32,000 nt of DNA from the NCBI RefSeq assembly GCF_000196355.1, contig NC_007614.1:3000001-3032000 (forward strand), in the 5' to 3' direction. Numbering within the stretch: the first letter of the stretch is position 1; the number at the start of each line of letters is the position of its first letter. The notes below the pieces were generated by a model, which had not been told where the DNA came from, ran no database searches, and worked only from the letters and a program-made list of their open reading frames with translations. Below are positions 27,399 through 32,000 of the stretch, in pieces. The translations under genes were made by a program, and so were the position numbers. Source of the DNA: Nitrosospira multiformis ATCC 25196. GTDB taxonomy: Bacteria; Pseudomonadota; Gammaproteobacteria; Burkholderiales; Nitrosomonadaceae.

Positions 27399-28657
27399 TC
27401 TGAGGGATGAAGGTGATACAGGCGGCTGATCAGGTCGACCAGATCGTCACGCTCGTCCTCAGCGGCGTGGTTGAGCGCATAGGAGGGTAAATGGAGGAAC
27501 TTGTTGGTAAGCCCGTTGCTCAGGGATTCGATGATTTTCCGCGGATCCTCCCCTTTGGCCAGCAGTTTTTTTGCCCGTTCCAGTTCATGCCGTCGGTAAC
27601 GCTCCGCCTGGTCGCGCAAGGCGCGTATGGTGGGCACAACCTGGCGCGATTCCAGCCAGTGCATGAAATTGACCACATTCGAGTCGATAATCGCCTCTGC
27701 CTGCGCCACCGCCCCCTGCCGGGAATCCAGGCCTTCCTTGACGATATCGGCAAGATCATCCACAGAATAGAGGAACACGTCATCCAGTTCCGCCACCTCG
27801 GGCTCCACGTCCCGTGGCACCGCAAGATCCACCATGAAAATCGGTCGGTGCTTGCGTGCCTTGATCGCCCGCTCCAGCATGCCCTTGCCGAGAATGGGGA
27901 GCGTGCTCGCGGTACAGGTGACGACAATATCATGAAGCGCCAACTGGTCGGGCAATTCATTCAGGGTGATGACTTGCCCGTTCAACCGGTGCGCCAGGGC
28001 CTGTGCCCGCTCGACAGTCCGATTGGCGACGGTAATGCGCTTCGGATGACGGGCAGCGAAATGGCTCGCGCAGAGCTCGATCATCTCGCCCGCACCGATG
28101 AATAACACGCGCTGCTCGCCGATGTCTCCAAAAATGCGCTCCGCCAGCCGGGTGGAGGCCGCTGCCATGGAAACGGAATTTGTCCCGATTTCGGTGGAGC
28201 TGCGAACCTCCTTCGCAACAAAAAAGGTGCGCTGGAACAGCTTGTGCAACAGCATGCCGAGCGTGCCCGCATGCTCAGCCGATTTCACCGCATCCTTCAA
28301 CTGGCCAAGTATCTGCGGTTCGCCCAGTACCATGGAATCCAGTCCGCTGGCAACGCGGAAAGCGTGCTTCACGGCCTTTTCCCTCGGCAGCCTGTAGAGA
28401 TACGGCTCAAGCTCGCGGGTCGGCAAACGGTGAAAATCCGCCAGCCAATGGGTGGCTTCGTCCGGCTTATCGGTACTGCAATAAATCTCGGTGCGATTGC
28501 AGGTGGAAACAATCGCCGCCTCTCTCACCGGACGATGGCTTACCAGATCATGCAGCGCATGCTCCATCGCATCCGCGGGGAACGACACCTGCTCGCGCAC
28601 ATCGAGCGGCGCGGTCTGATGGTTGATGCCAAAGGCAAATAACTGCGTCGAGGACAC
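27395..28657 (-). CDS. hemA: Glutamyl-tRNA reductase
   Basis: 420 aa. It contains [13 protein letters not shown], the catalytic-Cys block [14 protein letters not shown]-binding VLFIGAGEM, and a dimerisation tail. It starts at GTG and forms a hemA-prfA-prmC operon as in other proteobacteria. Confidence 0.95.
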
Positions 28658-28693
28658 GTTGGCTCAGTACCGGCTGAATTTTAAAATTTCGTG

Positions 28694-28723
28694 ATTATAG
28701 TATTACAAGCATTTGAATACCAA
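28694..28723 (-). promoter_or_regulatory. Candidate sigma70 promoter for hemA
   Basis: The minus strand reads TTGGTA (28723..28718), an 18-nt spacer, then a perfect TATAAT (28699..28694), roughly 30 nt upstream of the GTG start. A perfect 12-bp palindrome, AATTTTAAAATT (28677-28688), sits over the predicted +1 region. Confidence 0.4.
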
Positions 28724-29059
28724 CAATTGGAAGAGTTTCGGGTCCAGAAAAAAATATGGGAACAGTGTCAAGCGGATCAACCCGCGTCAGAGGAAAACTT
28801 CAGGATGGATCAAAAAAGCAGAGCTGCAAGCTGCCTCAATGCGGCCTGCTCGGGGCTCAAGGTGAACATCATTCTCAACATTAAGAATCTTTTCCAGAAA
28901 ATCTCCGTGACTGATATGCTGCCACAAACTAGTGTGCAATAGCCTGTCTTCAGATTACCTTGACCACGGGTGAGATCAATATCAGCGGAATCACCAAGAC
29001 GAGTAGAGAGGATGGTGCGCGCACGAAAGCACGACCCTATCATTTAGCCCAAGGACCTC

Positions 29060-30241
29060 ATGAACTCCCCCTCCGATGAATCATCAATCGAATTGAAGGC
29101 ACCGGTCCTTGAGGTTGCCGCACCGATTGTTACCGAAAAAATAACCCTCCTTGATACTGAACCAAGGGAAAGAGGCGCAATGGCTCTTTGGATACTTGCA
29201 TTCATTGCCGTCATTGCCGCGCTATATCTGGGCCGGGCTTTCCTTGTTCCGCTATTGTTTGGCATCCTGGTAAGTTACACATTAAGCCCGGTGGTAGATT
29301 GGTTTGAACGTTATCGTATTCCGCGGGCATTGGGGGCGATATGTGTACTGGGAGTGCTCGTCGGGGGCACTTCCTGGATGGCGCTCTCTTTAAGCGCCGA
29401 TGCGGCGATAATGGCTGAACAACTTCCGGAGACGGCGCGCAAGCTGCGGCAGAGCTTAAACATTTTGCGCGATGGGAACTGGAGCACGCTGCGTCATTTT
29501 CAGGAAGCCGCCGATGAGCTCGGGCGGGTGGCTGTCGACGCCGGTCTGGAATCAGCAGACCGCGCAGTCATAATCAAGGAATCGGAAAATAATGCATGGC
29601 TGCGCGATCTTATGCTCACGCAGTCAGCCCTGCTGGTCACGTTTACTGCACAAGCCCCGGTAGTATTGCTGCTTACTTATTTTTTGCTGGCCGCAGGAAG
29701 CCATTTCCGACGCAAACTTGTACGATTTGTCGGGCCACGGCTTTCTCAGAAGAAAGATGCGGTGCGGATACTTGAAGAAGTGGACAGTCAAATCCAGCGC
29801 TACCTCCTTGTCATGTTGATATCAAATGCTTTAATTGCCGTCATGACGTGGCTGGCGTTCGAAATGCTGGGACTGAAGCATCCGGCCGTATGGGGGGTAG
29901 CTGCCGGAGTGCTACATTTTATTCCGTACTTGGGAACTGTTGGAGTTGCGCTCGCCTGCGGCGTTGCCGGGATGCTGCAATTTGGCTCGCTTAGCCAGGC
30001 ATTCTTGCTGGTAGCGGTATTTTTGCTCATTTCGGGTGTGGTGGGAATGATGCTTACCACATGGCTACAGGGCAGATTTGCGCGTGTGAATCCCGCAGTT
30101 CTGTTCATCGCACTGTTATTCTTCGGCTGGCTGTGGGGCGCTGCGGGTTTACTGCTCGGCGCCCCCTTACTGGCTATTGTCAAGGTAATCTGTGATCGAG
30201 TCGAGTCGCTTAAACCGGTCGGTGAACTTTTGGGACAGTAA
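29060..30241 (+). CDS. AI-2E family transporter (PerM/YdiK/UPF0118-type permease)
   Basis: 393 aa and polytopic. The layout is two TM helices, a ~90-aa polar loop, then six more TM helices, with LTYFLLAAGSHFRRKL, GVLHFIPYLGT and LLGAPLLAIVKVICD motifs typical of this family. Confidence 0.82.
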   Translation: MNSPSDESSIELKAPVLEVAAPIVTEKITLLDTEPRERGAMALWILAFIAVIAALYLGRAFLVPLLFGILVSYTLSPVVDWFERYRIPRALGAICVLGVLVGGTSWMALSLSADAAIMAEQLPETARKLRQSLNILRDGNWSTLRHFQEAADELGRVAVDAGLESADRAVIIKESENNAWLRDLMLTQSALLVTFTAQAPVVLLLTYFLLAAGSHFRRKLVRFVGPRLSQKKDAVRILEEVDSQIQRYLLVMLISNALIAVMTWLAFEMLGLKHPAVWGVAAGVLHFIPYLGTVGVALACGVAGMLQFGSLSQAFLLVAVFLLISGVVGMMLTTWLQGRFARVNPAVLFIALLFFGWLWGAAGLLLGAPLLAIVKVICDRVESLKPVGELLGQ

Positions 30242-30520
30242 TTAACTTTCACATCTGCGAATGGGCAATCCCGAAGAAAAGGCGCAAGAGGCTCCTAATG
30301 GAGCCGATGTATGAATCAATAGCGACCCTGCCAGGGCCCCATGCTTAGCTGTTTAAGCAACTTAAGGTAATTTTTAAATGTGGCCTACCGAACAGTATGA
30401 GCTGCCAAAAAACGTTAATCTGATTTCCAATGCCGTAACGATTTACTGAAATAACGGCAAATCATTTCAACAACGGCGAATCATCATCTCTTAAATTTCG
30501 TAGAAAAAGGAGATTGGTTT

Positions 30521-30706
30521 ATGAATAAGGATCAAGTGAAAGGAACCGCAAAAGACATCGCAGGAAAAATTCAGGAAGAGGCCGGAAGGGCAGCAGGAAG
30601 TAAAGAACATGAGGCCAAGGGTCTTGGCAAACAAGTTGCCGGCAAGGCGCAGAAGAAATATGGGGACGCCAAGGAAGCCGTGAAGGATGCGGCAGACAAG
30701 CTTTAA
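30521..30706 (+). CDS. CsbD-family general-stress protein
   Basis: 61 aa. MNKDQVKGTAKDIAGKIQEEAGRAAGSKEHEAKGLGKQVAGKAQKKYGDAKEAVKD is the canonical CsbD repeat. A strong SD (AAAAAGGAGA) lies 7 nt upstream. Confidence 0.9.
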   Translation: MNKDQVKGTAKDIAGKIQEEAGRAAGSKEHEAKGLGKQVAGKAQKKYGDAKEAVKDAADKL

Positions 30707-30734
30707 ATTAACTTCCAAACATCCCCTCCCGCTC

Positions 30735-30770
30735 AACCAAAAACCCGCTTTGCGGGTTTTTGGTTATTTG
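30735..30770 (+). terminator. Rho-independent terminator of the CsbD gene
   Basis: AACCAAAAACCCGC, a ttt loop, then GCGGGTTTTTGGTT form a 14-bp stem, followed by ATTTG. It starts 29 nt after the stop codon. Confidence 0.85.
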
Positions 30771-31270
30771 ATTCAGCCTGCCAGCCTTCCCCTTCTTTTT
30801 TTCTGAAGAAAGCCTGCATCACTTCCAGAGTTTTCGGCTTATGGCTTCAATGTCTCCAATAAAAAGGAATCGACATATCTGAAGGTCAAGGGTCAGGAAT
30901 CAAGAGATCGGGGCAGAATGCCCATCCACTTCGCCGTTTTCAGTTTCCCGCTCCCGCTCGTGATAGAGGTCACGGAACACGGCCGGGAGGTCCCATGCAC
31001 ATTATAAATTCCGTAACGCCCCGTCGACACAATCGGTGCTTGCATTCACTTCAAGGAGTTCCGATAAATAGCCAAATGTGTTCCCTATGTAAGAACCGAA
31101 CAAGGCTACATAGAACGAAGCTCTTACGCTATTTTCAACTCCCCGGATAGCAGTTCCAGCAGTTGCCTGGCTCCACTCCATCTCTGTCCGGATTACATTG
31201 CTGCCCGGTAATAGCCTTCAGTAAAACCGAAGCGATGACGACATGCCGGCAGTACCTAGACTGGAGGCGT

Positions 31271-31738
31271 TTATTCCTTCGAAGATAGCTTTTCGCTGAG
31301 CTCTTCAAGAAAACCTTGCTGCGCAGGACGGACGCGCCGCTTTCCTTCGGGAATGTCAAACCACTCCGCCCGATCCACCTCCGGGAACTCCCGGATTCTG
31401 CCGGAGCCTTTCGGCCATTCCATGCTGAAGGCGTTTGAGATCAACCCGGAGGGGTCCCAGTCGCTTTCCGTAGCCCAGGCATCCACCTGCTTTCCGCTGG
31501 GTTGGGTGCGCGACGTGAGCGGAAGGAAGGGTGCGGATGGATGATGCCCGGTTTCCTCAAAAAACTCTCTTAACGCAGCCTGCAGCGGTTCTTCATCCTC
31601 CTCGTATTCGCCCTTTGCGATCGACCATGCGCCGAGATCCTTGTTTTTCCAGAAGGGACCTCCAGGATGGACAAGCAGAACCTCCAGCCGGCCATTTCGT
31701 CTGCGATAGGGCAGAATGCCCGCGCTTTTCTTACTCAT
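31271..31738 (-). CDS. NUDIX hydrolase (small, COG4119-like predicted NTP pyrophosphohydrolase)
   Basis: 155 aa. The Nudix box is GEYEEDEEPLQAALREFFEETG (Gx5Ex7REUxEExGU). The N-terminus SAGILPYRRR...EVLLVHPGGPFWKNKDLGAWSIAKGE is typical of this subfamily. Confidence 0.88.
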   Translation of the reverse strand: MSKKSAGILPYRRRNGRLEVLLVHPGGPFWKNKDLGAWSIAKGEYEEDEEPLQAALREFFEETGHHPSAPFLPLTSRTQPSGKQVDAWATESDWDPSGLISNAFSMEWPKGSGRIREFPEVDRAEWFDIPEGKRRVRPAQQGFLEELSEKLSSKE

Positions 31739-31924
31739 GCTGATGATGGTTCGACTGCCCGCTCAGGCTAAATCCGAAGAGACTGTGAAGCAGTTAAGCG
31801 AAAACATGCCGCCTATACGGAGGGACCAAAGAAGTGGCTATATAAATTTAACCGCTGCTTTCACGTCGTATCTCGTTGTCCCGCTTACGAATTAACACAA
31901 AACAGGGCAATTCAGATCACGGGT

Positions 31925-32000
31925 TCATGCTTGATGCGGGTTCTCGTCTTTATCGCTCTTCTCCTTTGCCGTGCAATCATCCGTTTCGTAATACAAGCCA
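31925..32000 (-). CDS. Possible 3' end of a gene entering from the right edge (unidentified)
   Basis: The minus-strand frame is open from the edge to TGA at 31927..31925 and reads ...GLYYETDDCTAKEKSDKDENPHQA*. At 25 codons it is too short to identify or to be sure it is coding. Confidence 0.2.
   Translation of the reverse strand, partial: GLYYETDDCTAKEKSDKDENPHQA

Noticed and set aside
31748-31756. tRNA T-loop-like strings GGTTCGACT (31748-31756) and GGTTCGGATT (25393-25402)
   Set aside because: The flanking bases cannot form the 5-bp T-stem, and no acceptor or anticodon arms can be drawn. No tRNA gene is supported anywhere in the window.

Overview
This window is mostly chromosomal housekeeping DNA from a mid-50s %GC (by eye) betaproteobacterium. 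The gene content and order are hda/purM-purN/DUF3108/Sun-like MTase, rubredoxin-gloA, thiD-thiE-hemL, cytochrome c4, map-glnD, metE-metR, hemA-prfA-prmC-grxD, plus a CADD/NE1434-type protein. That combination fits a Nitrosomonadaceae-like ammonia oxidiser, but the taxon is inference only. I can support 32 protein-coding genes, one of them cut by the left edge, plus one doubtful fragment at the right edge. I see no rRNA, tRNA, CRISPR array, IS element, transposase or integrase. Many gene pairs are joined stop-to-start: ATGA overlaps at 1594-1597, 4205-4208, 6388-6391 and 27395-27398, TAATG at 11823-11827, and TGA directly followed by ATG at 10070-10075. I did not find a convincing multi-gene novel system. 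The observations most worth follow-up are these. (1) A CADD/NE1434-type heme-oxygenase-like protein at 22090-22833 is a probable PabABC-independent pABA synthase and sits next to metR-metE. (2) An AT-richer islet at 8364-9682 carries two convergent orphan multi-TM ORFs. (3) An RNA m5C-methyltransferase-like gene is translationally coupled to a secreted PLD/Nuc-type nuclease at 5120-6981. (4) Several intergenic stretches are unusually long and unexplained (21918-22089, 22925-23244, 24124-24496, 28658-29059, 30771-31270), and some contain short repeats, palindromes or sub-60-aa ORFs. All functional calls come from motif recognition by eye, since no searches could be run.
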